Origin: Azolla caroliniana
Taxonomy: Eukaryota; Plantae; Polypodiophyta
Reading direction: 5' to 3'
NCBI GenBank assembly: GCA_043228905.1
Contig: JBHGNT010000009.1
Location: forward strand, 8,122,001-8,186,000
Length of the DNA stretch: 64,000 bases
Position numbers and translations under genes: made by a program. Each line of letters begins with the position of its first letter. Position 1 is the stretch's first letter. This document shows positions 1 to 13,294 of this stretch, piece after piece. The notes below the pieces were generated by a model. It did no database searches. It was given only the letters and a program-made list of their open reading frames with translations, and had not been told where the DNA came from.

Positions 1-1111
1 AGTCAGTAGTTGTGGGCTTTCGTACTAAAGTCAAAAGACCAAGTACTATCGTTCCTCAAGCAGTTCCATGCAAGAGCTGAACGACAATTAGGTTGGAAGT
101 TGAAGGCTGTCCGAACTGACAATGGTGGAGAATATAAAGGGTAATTCGAGGAATACTGCAAGACCCAAGGTATTTGAATCGAATACATAGTACTGAAGAC
201 CCTTGAGTTGAACGGGCTTGCAGAGAGGATGAATCAAACAATCATGGAGAGAGTAAGGAGCATGTTGGCGCATGCTAAACTACTGAAAATATATTGGGCT
301 GAGGTGATGTACACGACTGTTTATCTGATCAACATGTCTCCCTCAATGCCATTGAAAGGTGATGTCCCACAAAGGGTGTGGATAGGAAAGGATGTCTCCC
401 ACCGACACCTGAGAGTGTTTGGATGCCTAGTGTATATGCATGTGCCTAAGGAACAGAGGTCGAAGCTCGACAGTAAGTCAAAGCCATGCATATTCATGGG
501 ACACTCAGAAGATGAGTTCAGCTATAGGATATGGGACTTAGTAGATAAGAAGATAGTGAGGAGTAGGGACGTAGTCTTCTTGGAAGGCAAGATGATTGAG
601 GATTGGAAACAACAGAGGTTGGAATCGACTCCCTAGTCGACTCCCACTACCACTAACTTAAGGCCAAGTGAACCGAAACAGTCGGCTATTCGGAGACAGC
701 CACTCGACACAACCGAATCTGAGTTGGTCGACTTGGAGAGACCGAACGATTATGAGTCTGAGTCGGTAGAGCTGTTAAGATCGATCAAGGAATATGAGTC
801 GGAGTCATCCAACCTTGAGAAGCCGATTGACATACATTGAGCCAAGAGTAGAGTCGGCATATTCATCCGAACTGAAGCCGGCAACAAGTGGAAGGAGATA
901 CCCACTCAGGGAAAGGAGAGCACCGATGACATATGCCAGTCAATACATCCTTGTGACTGATGAAGATGAACCCGAGTGCTATGATGAAGCCATTGCCAAC
1001 AAACACTGAGAGAAATGGCCGAGCGCGATGCAAGATGAGATGGATTCTTTGCATGAGAATTATACCTACAACCTAGTAGAGTTGCCGAAAGGTAAGAGAG
1101 CACTCAGGAAT
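1..1111 (+). pseudogene. Ty1/copia element A, copy 1: degenerate integrase core and start of RT
   Basis: ORF 208-636 contains NGLAERMNQTIMERVRSML, HLRVFGC, SKLDSKSKPCIFMG and IVRSRDVVF. It is followed by EPECYDEA and AMQDEMDSL...LVELPKGKRAL. Stop codons are present. Confidence 0.92.
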
Positions 1112-1530
1112 TGTAAAAGAATATGTGTGCAAAAGCGTATGAGTAAGACACAGAGTACACGGTTCGGAAGTACGACAATTTGGTAAAACGCAGAAATCAC
1201 AGAGAAGGAGAGACAGAGAGATAGCAGAAAACGAAACTATATTAAAAAATAATTTTCTGTATGTTCTCTATATGTACTTCGTGCTCAATGAGCACCTTTT
1301 ATACCAACCCCGACTCTTGGGCTGACACAAGTACTGACAGTACCTGACCGCTCATAAATGAGCCTTCTACACTAACTCCCAAAATTATTCCTTACGAGGA
1401 ATAACGTTCTAACGGCCTCTTGGTTTACACACTGCCACAACCATATTGTGTGTACGGTTTTTATGCACCTAGTCTACGCACTAGGTTATGTACTCATTTA
1501 CACACCCAATGTTGAGCTTGTTTCTCAACA
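1112..1530 (-). repeat. 3' LTR of copia element B1
   Basis: TG...CA ends (tgtaaaag...ctcaaca), preceded by target GGAAT. It is followed by ctccccctaa, which is the PPT TTAGGGGGAG on the minus strand. Homologous to the solo LTR at 48403-48815. Confidence 0.88.
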
Positions 1531-3046
1531 CTCCCCCTAAGTTGAACTTGAGGTTCCATCTACTTTTCCGGATCTTCGCTCCGGCTTCTCCTGGCTTCAC
1601 GCCTCGCTCGCGCTCTTCGACCCGTTCGATTCCGTGTGCTTCGACCCTTCCGGTCGGCTTGTCTGCTCACGTGGCCCTTCTCAGCTCCCTTGCTGTTGCG
1701 GTATTAGCGCGTCTCCCGCTGCCCTTTCCTCTGCTCGGCCCTTAGTTGATTCGGCATGTCCGAATCGAACATTTCGATTAAATTGGTCACTACCAACTCG
1801 TTTCCGCTTACATCTGAATTGGTTGTCTCCAATTTGTCTTCTGTCTTTAGGCCCTTGACAACATCAGACCACGTCTTGGTCTTGGCCTTTAAGCCCTTTT
1901 GGGCTGTATTTCCCCTTTGTTCGTCTGTCTTCGGCTCTTCCCTGCGGTTACAACCCTTGCTTACTTCGCCGGCTTCTTCAGCCGGCCCGAAATTGAATTC
2001 GTCATCCGATTCGGCATCACGATCACTACCGCTCCTTTCACGCTCCTGTTCCTGTCTCCCCCTCAAGTTTGGCGTTGTCGTGAAGATCCGTCACTATGTG
2101 CGGATCGTGAGGCGGAACCGCGAGGGTTCTGGACCGGAAGGACTCGAACCACGGACTAACTTTAGCGAGAAAGGATTTAAGATAGATTGAGGGAGAGAGA
2201 TTGAGATTAAACACTTGACTTTAGATTGAGAGAGATTGAAATGGAGAGAGAGATTAAGATTGAACTTTTAACTTTTAGATTTAAGAAACAAGATAGATCA
2301 TCAATTGGATGACGAATTTTCTTCTTATTCAACTCTTTAATAGTACATCCATACCCTTTTGATCTTTTTCATCCACCCTTTTATAGATGCTCCCATGCAT
2401 ATGATGCATGTGAGGGTACAAGACATGCATACAATGCATGGAATACATGTGAGCCATTTGGCGCTCATGCATCACATGTCACTCAATCGAGCTCTAATAT
2501 GAGAATTTACATGTAAAAGTATAATGATAGGAAATATAATCCCTAAAGAAATGATTTGGCTTAATGGTAAGCCTATTGCTTCCTATCTTGGAGGTGCAAA
2601 GTTCGAGTCTTGCTTACATCTTTTTCTTTTATGCAGAAAAACTATTAGGCTTTTGGACCAAATATCTTTCAGACATCATGCACGACGATCAACCGACCCG
2701 ACCGATCCGTCCAATTGGCATCCGTTCGGTCTGGCCCGGTTCGGTCCGTATCCCGAGATCACCGGATGCCAGATGCCGGTCATCGGTCGCCGGTTCCATC
2801 GCCGAATGCCGGTCACTGTACATCGTCGGATCTGTAGCCATGTTGGTCACCGTCCATCACCGGATCCGTCATCGGATGCCAGTCACCGTCCGTCGCTGGA
2901 TGTCGGTTACCGGTCGCCGGTTTGTTACCTCTTAGGAACACGGTCTGCGGTCAATCCTTCGACCTAGACCTCCAAGTGGTTGTGGAACAACGAATAGGCG
3001 TCTATGCGTAATGCGTAGGGGAATGTTCCCTGTAACCTATCAGCGT

Positions 3047-4099
3047 TGTCGTGCCTTTCGGCTCCGGATCGTTGCGTGAGTCGGGTGGGAACCACCGGGG
3101 TTTTGGACTAGGAAGAGGAAGAATTTGAGGTGATTTTAATTATGAATAGATTATTATAAACTTGCAAATCCCACAAGTATAATATATTTTATTAATCAGT
3201 ATTTAGTTAAGAATATGTATTTAGATTGAAAGAAAGATATAAGAAATTTATGAATCCCACAAGTATAGATTATATTATTTTCGTGAATCCCACAATTATA
3301 TTAATTGGTTGGTGTTTTCGGAAATATATCCAATTTCCAAGTATTTCCCCCCCCCCCTATTACATTGAGCTCCCCATCCTTATATAGTGATGAGAGAGTC
3401 TTCACAATCCATGCTTTTTCTCTAACTATAGACTATATGCTTTATCTAACATGCTTTTTCTAACTTTAGTTTTCATGCACATTGCATGTGCATGATTAGC
3501 TTTCTTTCCCATCTTTTCTTTTAACTCGAGTGAGTGTGTATGAGTAACTTTTTGTACCATGCATATCTAGAATATTTTCATGGGATAAAGTTTAGTATAA
3601 CTTTAAAATTCATAATATGCTAGTATAGTGATCAGGCTTAACATTATTAACATGGAGATGCAAGGTTCGAATCTTGCCCTATGCATGTAATATATATTTT
3701 TATAGTTTCTTCTATTTACAAATATGTCTCTTCATCCGATGAGAGGCTCTCACCGGCCTTCTTCATCCGGCTCTTGCCGGTTCTGCGTCATCCGGTTCTC
3801 GCCGGTTTTCTTTATCCGGTTCTTACCGGGTCCTCCTTATCGGTCCTCTTCGTCCATTTCTCACCGACTCTCACCAACCTTCTTCATCCGGCTCTTGCCG
3901 GTTCTGCTTCATCCGGTTCTCGCCGGTTTTCTTTATCCGGTTCTTACCGGGTCCTCCTTACCAGTTCTCTTCGTCCGTTTCTCACCGACTCTCACCGGCC
4001 TTCTTCATCCGGCTCTTGCTGGGTCTCCTTACCGGTTCCTCCTTCCGGTTCTCACCGGGTACTCCATGTCTCACGTAGTGTGCGAATTACACTACGACA
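3047..4099. mobile_element. Solo LTR J1 (4-bp-TSD group) inserted in the F1 3' LTR
   Basis: TGTCGTG...TACGACA termini with a perfect TSD GCGT. The F LTR is contiguous once it is removed (cagcgt|ataaggg). An inverted homolog lies at 31641-32471. Confidence 0.9.
3745..4060. repeat. Tandem repeat of about 119 bp rich in CCGG, inside J1
   Basis: ttcttcatccggctcttgc recurs near 3760, 3880 and 4000. Confidence 0.8.
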
Positions 4100-4397
4100 G
4101 CGTATAAGGGAGACGGCTACAACCGACTCCTTAGCAATGGTTACACTTACGTTCTTACACGCTCAGGTATTCCAGGCATACAGTAGATTAGCCGTAGCTA
4201 TACACAGACTTTCAGAGAAGATAGAATTCTATTATGATACATTCTTTTACATTCCAGAATTACACGCGCCTCTATCAGAGGTTTTCTGCCCTTTATATAC
4301 GCAGAGTCTATTTAGCCATTCACGCTTCTTGCGTGAACCGTTACATGCGTTATGATATTATATTATTTCTTATTCCTACGCTCTTGTCCATCGGTTA

Positions 4398-6240
4398 CTA
4401 TTCCGGCGGACAACACTTGGCACGTCTGTGGGACAGTGCCTTAGCATGTTGGACCCATCCCGTTACTCTTCTTCCAAAACGGCCCGGATGTTTGGCTGCG
4501 GTGTCCGCGTTTGGAGGCGACGTAGGGCCCGTAGGTGCATCGTGGTGGGGCTCCCCTGTTTGGTCGGAATGGTTTCTCCCGGTGTCGTAGTCGTCGTGTG
4601 TGGTTGGTCCGGGTACGGTGGGCTCTTCTTGAGCTAGTGGGTTGGGCTCCACCGTCGTCGTGCTTGCGGTCGGCCATGGCTCTGTCTCAATCGTTACTTC
4701 CTCTGTGGTGTCGGCCATCTTTGTACGTTCCGGGGAGTGGGGCTGCGATTTCGCCTGGCCCGCACCGTTCTCCGTGTGGTCCTATGATAGTGTGGGCTCG
4801 TGCGGATGAACCTCCTCTTGGGCAGTGGTTTCGTTGTCTGGTACTGTGGGGGACTCCGCTCGTTGGTCTACGCTGTTCACCGTCATTGTAATTTCTGGTG
4901 ATCTAGCCTGAGGTTCCTCTTCTTCGGCCGTGCCCGGAATTGGCGTCGCGCTAGATTCCTCATTTGTTCGCGTGTTGCCGGCTTGTGTGGTCTGGTGAAA
5001 TAGCTCCTCCTGGCTTTCACCAAAATCGTCTAAGAGGTGCGCGAGTTCTTCGGAGTGTTGGTCTGCTAGCGCACGATAGTCTTGCACTAGGTCCTCTCGT
5101 ACTGCCGCAATGCTCTCGTCATTTAGTTTATAGAAACCTCGACCGTCTTTTCGCCGGTTATCCCAGTCCGCACGATACGCGTGCAATTTTGCTGCCTGGG
5201 TTGCCCACTCCATCCATCCTTTTTCCAGCGCCGTTTTCAATTGCGCTGTGAACCTCTTCCGATTTGTTTGGAGAAGGATACGCACGTTATTTGTGATGGC
5301 CTGGCAACGGTTGCGTGCATCCTCCATCGACTTCTGGAGGTTTGCAATTTCTTGTTGTTTAACAGTCGCCGCTTCTTCGTACATGGCCTTCAAGTCCGCC
5401 CACAACTGGGATTCCTTTGCATGTTGTTCTTCTAATTTCCCCATTTCATTGTTTGGGCGGATTTCGAGCTGATGCCCTCTTTCCTGTTCGACCACCAGCT
5501 GCTCGTCGAACCATACCTTCTTTTTCTCTAATAAGGCCCGAAGTCCTGCAATTGCCGCCTCCGATTTCTTCGCTTCATCCTGGAATTGGGCGTTTTCGTC
5601 TTTTGTCCAGATGTGCTGAGCTACCTCCGGTTTCTCTTCAAGGATTTTTATTGCCTTCCGGCCGTTAGCCCAGATCTCCTTTTCTCTGCCTCAGGATTGG
5701 CGTAGTTCAGCTCGAAGGCGGTCAATTTTTGATTCCGCAAGTTGCACGACCCTTTTTGCTTTCGAGGCGATGGCAGTCCGATTCTCAATTTCTTCCTTCA
5801 AAGAGTCGATGGCGTGGTTTGGTGGCGGAGTTGTGTGTTGCGCCGTAGTGGCGTTAGCTTCCAACTCGGCGATGCGTTCGTTGGTTTTTTGCAGCTTGGC
5901 TTGGGTCATTTTCACCTTCTTCCAGACATTCTTATTTTTAATGGCCATCTCCTTGGCGCCCGTGCTGACCTTTGCCAGTTCCGTATGGACTTCGACTAGG
6001 TCTATGTTTAATGGGGGTAGCTCCATCCCTACTCGGCGTACCCCGGCATTCCTCTGTCTACCGACCCTGGCTAGCCGGTCCTCATCGTCGATCTCCGCCG
6101 TTTGTGTCAGGGCGCGCTCGATCATCTGGCGCTGTGCGTGCTCCTCGGCAATTCGTTGGGAGGCTTTTATCTATTGTGTTGCCAGGAATTCCATGATCTC
6201 AAAAGAGATTCCGAATTGTAAGAGGGTGTTGAACTAATGG
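4398..6240 (-). pseudogene. F1 extra post-integrase ORF: coiled-coil protein with an acidic/proline-rich tail
   Basis: ORF fragments 5691-6125, 4782-5495 and 4398-4718 are E/K/Q/A-rich. Homologs occur in F2, G and D (conserved W..WA...AD..NRRK.G...Y.L). Confidence 0.75.
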
Positions 6241-6507
6241 GTCGTATCTGGGATATCTGGATATGCCAACACCTCGCTTTCCGCCGTCAATACAGCTTTC
6301 CCTCGTTGGGACTGGCTCGTAATGATCGGTCGTGGCTCTCAGATGATTTCGAAGGTGGTATTGTGCTCCGTAGCTGCGGAGCCATCGTCGTCAGTCGTTG
6401 TTTCTGCCGTCGTGGGGACGTCTTTGACCAGTCCCCGCCCATCTTTCCTGTCCAATCTACGCCGTTTTGGTCTGGGGCTATCCTACCGTGTTTCAGTGTC
6501 GGGCTCT

Positions 6508-6592
6508 AGGGCTGCTGCCATGGAACGTGCCATCGGCGTAAGCCAGGTGGGTTCGTGGGCTGCTGCCATGGAACGTGCCATCGGCGTAAGGC
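6508..6592. repeat. Direct duplication of about 39 bp
   Basis: gggctgctgccatggaacgtgccatcggcgtaag occurs twice. Confidence 0.85.
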
Positions 6593-8043
6593 AGTAGAAA
6601 TGAAGATCGGTATCGCGAGAGTAGGTTCGTGGGAAGGAGACTGGTGGTTGTGGTGGGCTGGAGCTCTATGATAGGATGGAGGAGAAGATGAGGGGGAGGA
6701 GCGATGGGAGCGGTGATAGTTAGAAGGTGGGTTTCTGTTTTGTGCAGAAGATCTTCTATTTCCTTCTTTTTGTGGCTTAGGGTTCATTGGGCGGTGAGCC
6801 ATCGTGGTGCCGCGTGTTCTTGAACTAGGAGTTTGTGCATGCATTTAGTCCTTTTAATAGTTGCTATCTTCTCTCTTTTTTCTTTTTTTTTCCGTAACGG
6901 TTATATACAGCCTATTTTTACATTATGGTACAAGTGGGGCCGCTCATTTACGCCGGGGGTTCTCCAGCTTTGTCCTGTTTGGCGGTGAATGGGTTAGGTG
7001 GCGTAGAGCCCAGGTAAGGTTTAAGGCGAAACCCATTCACCTTTTGCCGTACTATTTCCCCGGTCAACGTACCTAGTTGGAATGTGCCTTGTTCCGCTCC
7101 AATTATCCAGTATGGGCCGGTCTAGCGGAAGCGTAACTTTTCTGGCATATGGCCCATGTGGGTTTGGAAAACCAGCACCGCCCGACCGACGAAGACTCCT
7201 TTTATCTTGCGTTCCGATGTCGATCCACAAACACTTTATGCCGTCGCTATTCCTGCTCCAACATAGCCATGCTGTGTACGTGTTTTTCCCCGAGTTCAAG
7301 TAGTTGGTGGAGCCGTACCTCCTTCGATTTGGCTTCCGATAGTCGGTCCCTTACATGAATTCGCAAACTGGGTACCTAAAATTCGATCGGCATCATAGCC
7401 TCCAGCCCAAACGCTAGTCGAAACAGTGTTGACTGTATGCTTGTTTTGTAGCTGGTTTTGTAGCTGGTTTTGTATGCCCATAACGCACTCTGTAATTTGG
7501 TATCCCAATCCGTTCTATTTTCATTGATGATTTTCTTCAAGATGGTCTGCAACGTCTTGTTGGTGGGTAAAAGCATGCGAGTGGAAACACTATTATAGCT
7601 AATTAGCTACTAAAATGGCCATAACTAATTAGCTATTTGTTTAGCTAGTCTTTTTTGTGGGAAAATCAAATATTTGAAAAACTAATTTATGAAAAAACTC
7701 AAATATTTGAACTTCTGTTTCAGACGTAGTGGAACTTGGGGAATAGCACCATCATCTAAGGTCGACTTCAATGTCATCAATTTCCTGTTTAGCCTACGTT
7801 TGATTTTGAACGCAGATGGAGTACTCAGAGCACGAACGTAGATGTAGCTCCCGCAGCAGCAAAAAATCGACATTGCAGATTGAGAGCTACAACACAGAAC
7901 CCGCCCGATCATCGTCCAGGTATGTTTCAGTTACAGAAACCCCAAACATTTGTTTTTTCTTTTTGATTACTGTCTGAACTTTGGTGCTGATTCATATTTC
8001 CCCAAAATCGAATAGGGCGAAGTCCTTGGAGTCCCATACAAGG

Positions 8044-9967
8044 ATGTCTCGCAGATCGGGGAGTAGCAGCAGGTGTGTTTATATTACACTTTTTGTGTTT
8101 AATCTTGTCTTTAGTGATGATTGGGGTTTCTAATTGAAATTTCTGATTAGGGTTTTTGATTATAAATTTCTGATTAGAATTTTTGAATAGGGTTTCTGGT
8201 TACAAATTTTGATTATAGATTAGAATTTTTTATTAGAATTTCTGAATAGGGTTTTTGTTTATAAATTTCTGTTTAGGATTTCTGATTAGGGTTTGTGATT
8301 GAAATTAGCTGATTAGGGTTTCTGATTGAAATTTTCTGATTAGGGTTTTTGATTATAAATTTCTGATTAGAATTTCTGAATAGGGTTTCTGGTTACAAAC
8401 TTCTGATTACAGATTTTGATTAGGGTTTCTGATTTCAAACTTCTGATTATAGATTTTGATTAGGGTTTCTGATTTCAAATTTCTGAATACAAATTATGAT
8501 TAGGGTTTCTGATTTGCTAAGTTAAAGATTTTGCACTATTTCTGTTGTTGTTGATTGGGGTTTCTGATTCTGACATATTCTAATTTTGCACTATTTCTGA
8601 TTTCTGAAATGATATTTTAGATGGCTCGTTCCTCCGTATCCGAGAGTGCTAAACTTCGCAAAATTTTGCGAGACAAAGGAGGACTTCCACAACACCTATG
8701 GTCTGTCACTCGAGGGTGTTGACCCTACTGTCCTAAGTGATAAATTGATCAGTGATGTAGACTGGATGACAGTATATACAGTGCCTAGAGTCAAAGGCAA
8801 GGTCAAGCTGAAGCATGTACGAGCCGACTTGTACGATGACTGCATGAGGCTGCACCAGAAAGTTCATCAGGAGATCCCAGTCAACAATGAGTTGTTAGTT
8901 TCATTTGCTAGAGCATTTGCATATGAGTACTGCAAAATAGCGAAGGAATCCAGAGACCCTGAAATGTATAGGGTAGCTTGGGCAGTCTATGATGAGGCAT
9001 CGGTAAAAAGATGTCGAAAGATGGGGACCTTGGCACAAAAAATAGACAGATTTTGGAGCATGGCAGCTGTTGATGCAACTGCCGACTCCCAGCAAGACCG
9101 GGGGCATACACCACACCGACACCCAAGGAAAGCCAATGTCGATGATACAGGTGAGACATGGGTTAGCTATATGCTAAAAAATGTCCATGAAGCCTGTGAG
9201 ACATTGGCATTTTTTAAGAATGATTTAGAGAAAGCCACAATGGCTTCTGCAATGGAGAGCAAAGTTACTTCCGTTGTTACAACGATTAGAAATAAGATTC
9301 AAGTAACTATTGTTTTGTTGGTATGTGATTGTGTTATAAATAACTTTAAGGGTAAAATGTGCTAATCAAGCATTATCTGGAATAGGTTGCGCAACAGGAG
9401 CTTGAATTAGAGGGGCCAATGGATCCCCAACGTAAAATACAACTGCAAATAGAGATCCAAGTTCTTTCAATGAACCTGGACCTTCTAGGTGTAAATACTG
9501 TTGTAGATTACAATTTAGATAAGCTTCATGTAAGTTAACGACTCCTGAGCAAAGTTGGTGTATCTTTCAACAACAGGAATAATTAATCGGTAAATTTCTC
9601 TGTTGCGTTGAAGGAACAAGACATTCATCAAGAACAGGTAGTTAGTTGCCTTAAGAAGCAACTACATTTTGTGGAGGGAATGGTAAGGACCAGACAGGAT
9701 TTGGACCTGAACATTCTTGCTCCCTTACCAAATCAAGGAGAACCAGAAAATGATTTATTGACAGTTCAAGCACGTTGCATCGCTTGCGGGTTAGGTGTGG
9801 AGGACAAAACTGCGTCTTTGTTGGTTCATCTACAACCATGCAACCACACATACCATTTGCTTTGTTTTCAACATGCCTGTCAAATTGCTGCATTCTGTTT
9901 GGGAGATTACAGTACAGCTCTACCAAATGAGTGGAGAAAACTAACAGTTATACCATACTGTAACTAA
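8044..9967 (+). CDS. Transposon cargo gene 1: spliced, with a C-terminal RING-like Zn finger (probably decayed)
   Basis: Phase-consistent GT-AG exons at 8044-8072, 8621-9302 and 9386-9529. The last exon (about 9577-9967) encodes CIAC...LQPCNHTYHLLC...C...C. A stop or frameshift appears near 9580. Confidence 0.6.
8120..8575. repeat. Degenerate tandem array of the TTTCTGATTAGGGTTT type (telomere/telobox-like core) in intron 1 of cargo gene 1
   Basis: Repeated gattagggttt, gattagaattt and gattacaaattt units. Confidence 0.8.
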
Positions 9968-10009
9968 TAAGCTTAGTCTTTTCTAATTAGCTAAGCCGTA
10001 AAAAGTATG

Positions 10010-11520
10010 GAAACTATTTTGCTGCTATCGTTGTAGCTAATTAGCTACTACCATAGTTGATTAAAGCAGCTAATAGCTATCCTATTAGTTAATTAGCTAC
10101 TGCCATAGTTTACTACAGTAGTTAATTAGCTAAGTGGCAGCTAGTTAGCTACTAGCTAATTAGCTATCCTACTGGTAGCTAATTAGCTACTGGCAACTAG
10201 TTAGCTACTAGCTAATTAGCTATTCATAGCTAATTAGCTAGCACCATAGTTGTGTAAAGTAGCTAATTAGCTATCCTACTAGCTAATTAGCTACTAGCAA
10301 CCAATTAGCTATCCTAGTAGCTAATTAGCTATCCTACTAGCTAATTAGCTACTGCCATAGTTGTGTAAAGTAGCTAATTAGCTATCCTACTAGCTAATTA
10401 GCTACTGCCATAGTTGTGTAAAGTAGCTAATAAGCTATCCTAGTAGCTAATTAGCTACTGGCAGCTAATTAGCTATCCTAGTAGCTAATTAGCTATGGTA
10501 GTAGCTAATTAGCTACTGGCAACTAATTAGCTATCCTAGTAGCTAATTAGCTATCCTACTAGCTAATTAGCTATCCTACTAGCTAATTAGCTACTGCCAT
10601 AGTTGTATAAAGTAGCTAATATGCTATCCTAGCTACTACATAGTTGAGAAAGTAGCTAATTAGCTATCATTGTAGCTAATTAGCTATCCTACTAGCTAAT
10701 TAGCTATCCTAGCTAGTACCATAGTTGAGTAAAGTAGCAAATTAGCTACCATAGTAGCTAATTAGCTATCCTAGCTACTACCATAGTTAGTAAAGTAGCT
10801 AATTAGCTATCCTAGCTACTACCATAGTTGAGTAAAGTAGCTAATTAGCTACCATAGTAGCTAATTAGCTATCCTAGCTACTACCATAGTTAGTAAAGTA
10901 GCTAATTAGCTATCCTAGCTACTACCATAGTTGAGTAAAGTAGCTAACTAGCTATCCTAGCTACTACCATAGTTGAGTAAAGTAGCTAATTAGCTACCAT
11001 AGTAGCTAATTATCTATCCTAGCTACTACCATAGTTAGTAAAGTAGCTAATTAGCTATCCTAACTACTACCATAGTTGAGTAAAGTAGCTAATTAGTTAT
11101 CCTAGCTACTACCATAGTTGAGTAAAGTAGCTAATTAGCTATCCTAGCTACTACCATAGTTGAGTAAAGTAGCTAATTAGCTACCATAGTAGCTAATTAG
11201 CTATCCTAGCTACTACCATAGTTAGTAAAGTAGCTAATTAGCTATCCTAGCTACTACCATAATTGAGTAAAGTAGCTAATTAGCTATCCTAGCTACTACC
11301 ATAGTTGAGTAAAGTAGCTAATTAGCTATCGTACTAGCTAATTAGCTATCGTAATTAGCTATCATACTAGGTAATTAGCTATCCTAGCTACTACCATAGT
11401 TGAGTAAAGTAGCTAATTAGCTATCATACTAGCTAATTAGCTATCGTACTAGCTAATTAGCTATCCTAGCTTCTACCATAGTTTAGTAAAGTAGCTAATT
11501 AGCTATCCTAAATAGCTGCC
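10010..11520. repeat. Palindromic minisatellite array 1 (TAGCTAATTAGCTA core)
   Basis: Dozens of copies of the 14-bp palindrome, organised distally into longer units (…ctaccatagttgagtaaagtagctaattagctatcctag…). Confidence 0.97.
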
Positions 11521-11561
11521 ATGTTATTGTAAAATTTTGTGGATTAAGGACGACACATGAT

Positions 11562-13294
11562 GTGTCTGGTGCTAATGACGCTGCAACAGATGAGGATACT
11601 GCTGCCAACGTGGCTGAAAGTAAGAGTCCTGCTATCACATCTCCTTCAGATCAGCTCCACCCTATTCTTTTGGAACAATGTATTGAATTAGGCAACGATG
11701 TGAAATGCCATGAAATAGTGGAAACAACATGTAAAACTGAGGTTCACAACAACAGTGTTTATGAACACTTGATGCAACATTTCTTCGAATCTCAAGACCT
11801 TGATTCCACCCCACCGATCCCAACTACTAAAAATGTCCAAACAGATCCCTCTGTACTTGAAAAGCTAGTTCAAGAAACGGCTGATGTGCAATTAGCTGTT
11901 GAGGTGATGGGAAGGTTGTCGAAGGAGGACACACTTGCGCATTGGGTGAAAGAAGCAAGGCTAAATGGGCAACCGGCTAGAAAAAGGCTAAAGAAGGGGC
12001 CACGATCGGGAACAAGACCAGTTACTCGGTCAAGGGGCCCAGACGTAGTGGAGCGAAATACTGTTTAGTTGGATATGACTGTTAGCTTAGGGATTTTGCT
12101 AGGGTTTTATGAAGTTTTACTATCCTGTTGGACAAGTAAAACCTCAAATTGGTTGTTGCTTGATCCACATTATGTAATGGAACTCTATGATGTTTTTCCA
12201 AGATAATTTGAAGAGTGTTGTTCTATGACTGAAACTCTTTGATGTTCAGGATGTTGTTTTGTGAGACTGTTAGTTACTTTGTGAGTGTGAATATGTTGGT
12301 GTTTTCTGATGTTGCAGAGTCTAAAGGGTTTGATTCTATTGCTCGTAAGGCCAATGGCAGTGTGGATACTGTTGATGTTGCGGCATGTTTAAAGGGCCCC
12401 ATCTTGAAAGTAGATGTAGCAACTGACACAAGTGATCTGGTCACACAAGTTGATCAAGCATGTTGCACGAATGACTTGGTGTTGCAGGTAGATGCAACAT
12501 GTGATACCAATGGACTGATATCGAGCAGATCAGTAGCTACATGCATTGAGGTAATCCAAGGATTGATAACTAAGTCGACAAAACAAAAGCACCAGAATGT
12601 GAAGCCAGGCCCAACACAGTCGACTAGGGGTTTGAAGAGGAAAAGGATGCCAGTTGTGTCGGCCGAACCTGAGCTGATTGAGATTGATCGTGTCCTACCA
12701 GAAAATGGTGTAACAACGGCTCAGTTTCAGGAATGGAAACCTAAACCATTAGAAGTCGAAAGAAGAGCCTTGATCTTGGAGCTTGATAAAGTCTTGATGA
12801 GTGTGAGATATATGTAGCCAAGGAGGGACGCGAATCAGTTTCTAGAGTGGGTTGTGCAATACTTTGATTTGTTTATTTGGAGTGAAAAACCAAAATCAGA
12901 TGTGTGGAAGTGTTTAGCAAGATTCTTCCCAAAATGGCGAAGTCGTTTTAAAGGTCAATGGGCACGAGAAAATTGTGAGCAAATGGAAGTTGCAAGATTC
13001 AAGAGACTTTCTGATTTTTGGGCTACTTGGCCTGAATATAATGCCGACAATACATTGATTTTGGATACAGAACATTTCCGGCACTACTTCAATATTCGGA
13101 GATGCTGTCTCATTCTACCCGAGGAAATGCCTGAACAGTACCTGGTGCAAACAGTGAGCTGCCAACTAGGTGCATGGTTGTGGACTCCATACCGAGACCG
13201 ATATGCGGATAATATATGTAGACTCGTTCCACTGACTAGCAAGAGCTTAGCTGTTTATAGGAGATTTGTAGACATTTCCAATGGTAATTTATAA
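11562..13294 (+). CDS. Transposon cargo gene 2: low-complexity N-terminus plus a degenerate FCP1/NIF-like (HAD-fold) phosphatase domain
   Basis: ALILELDKVL...*PRRDANQFLEWVVQYFDLFIWS...WARENC...KRLSDFW...NTLILD follows the NIF pattern (LVLDLDETL, RP..EFL, ..VWT, R..C, KDL, TLLIDD). There is an internal TAG near 12815. Confidence 0.6.

Noticed and set aside
3681-4355. 224-aa ORF
   Set aside because: It arises from a tandem repeat in solo LTR J1 and crosses the insertion boundary.
8120-8575. True telomere or interstitial telomeric tract
   Set aside because: There is no contiguous (TTTAGGG)n run; the cores are embedded in longer degenerate units.
10010-11520. CRISPR array
   Set aside because: The sequences between palindromes are themselves repeated, so this is a minisatellite.
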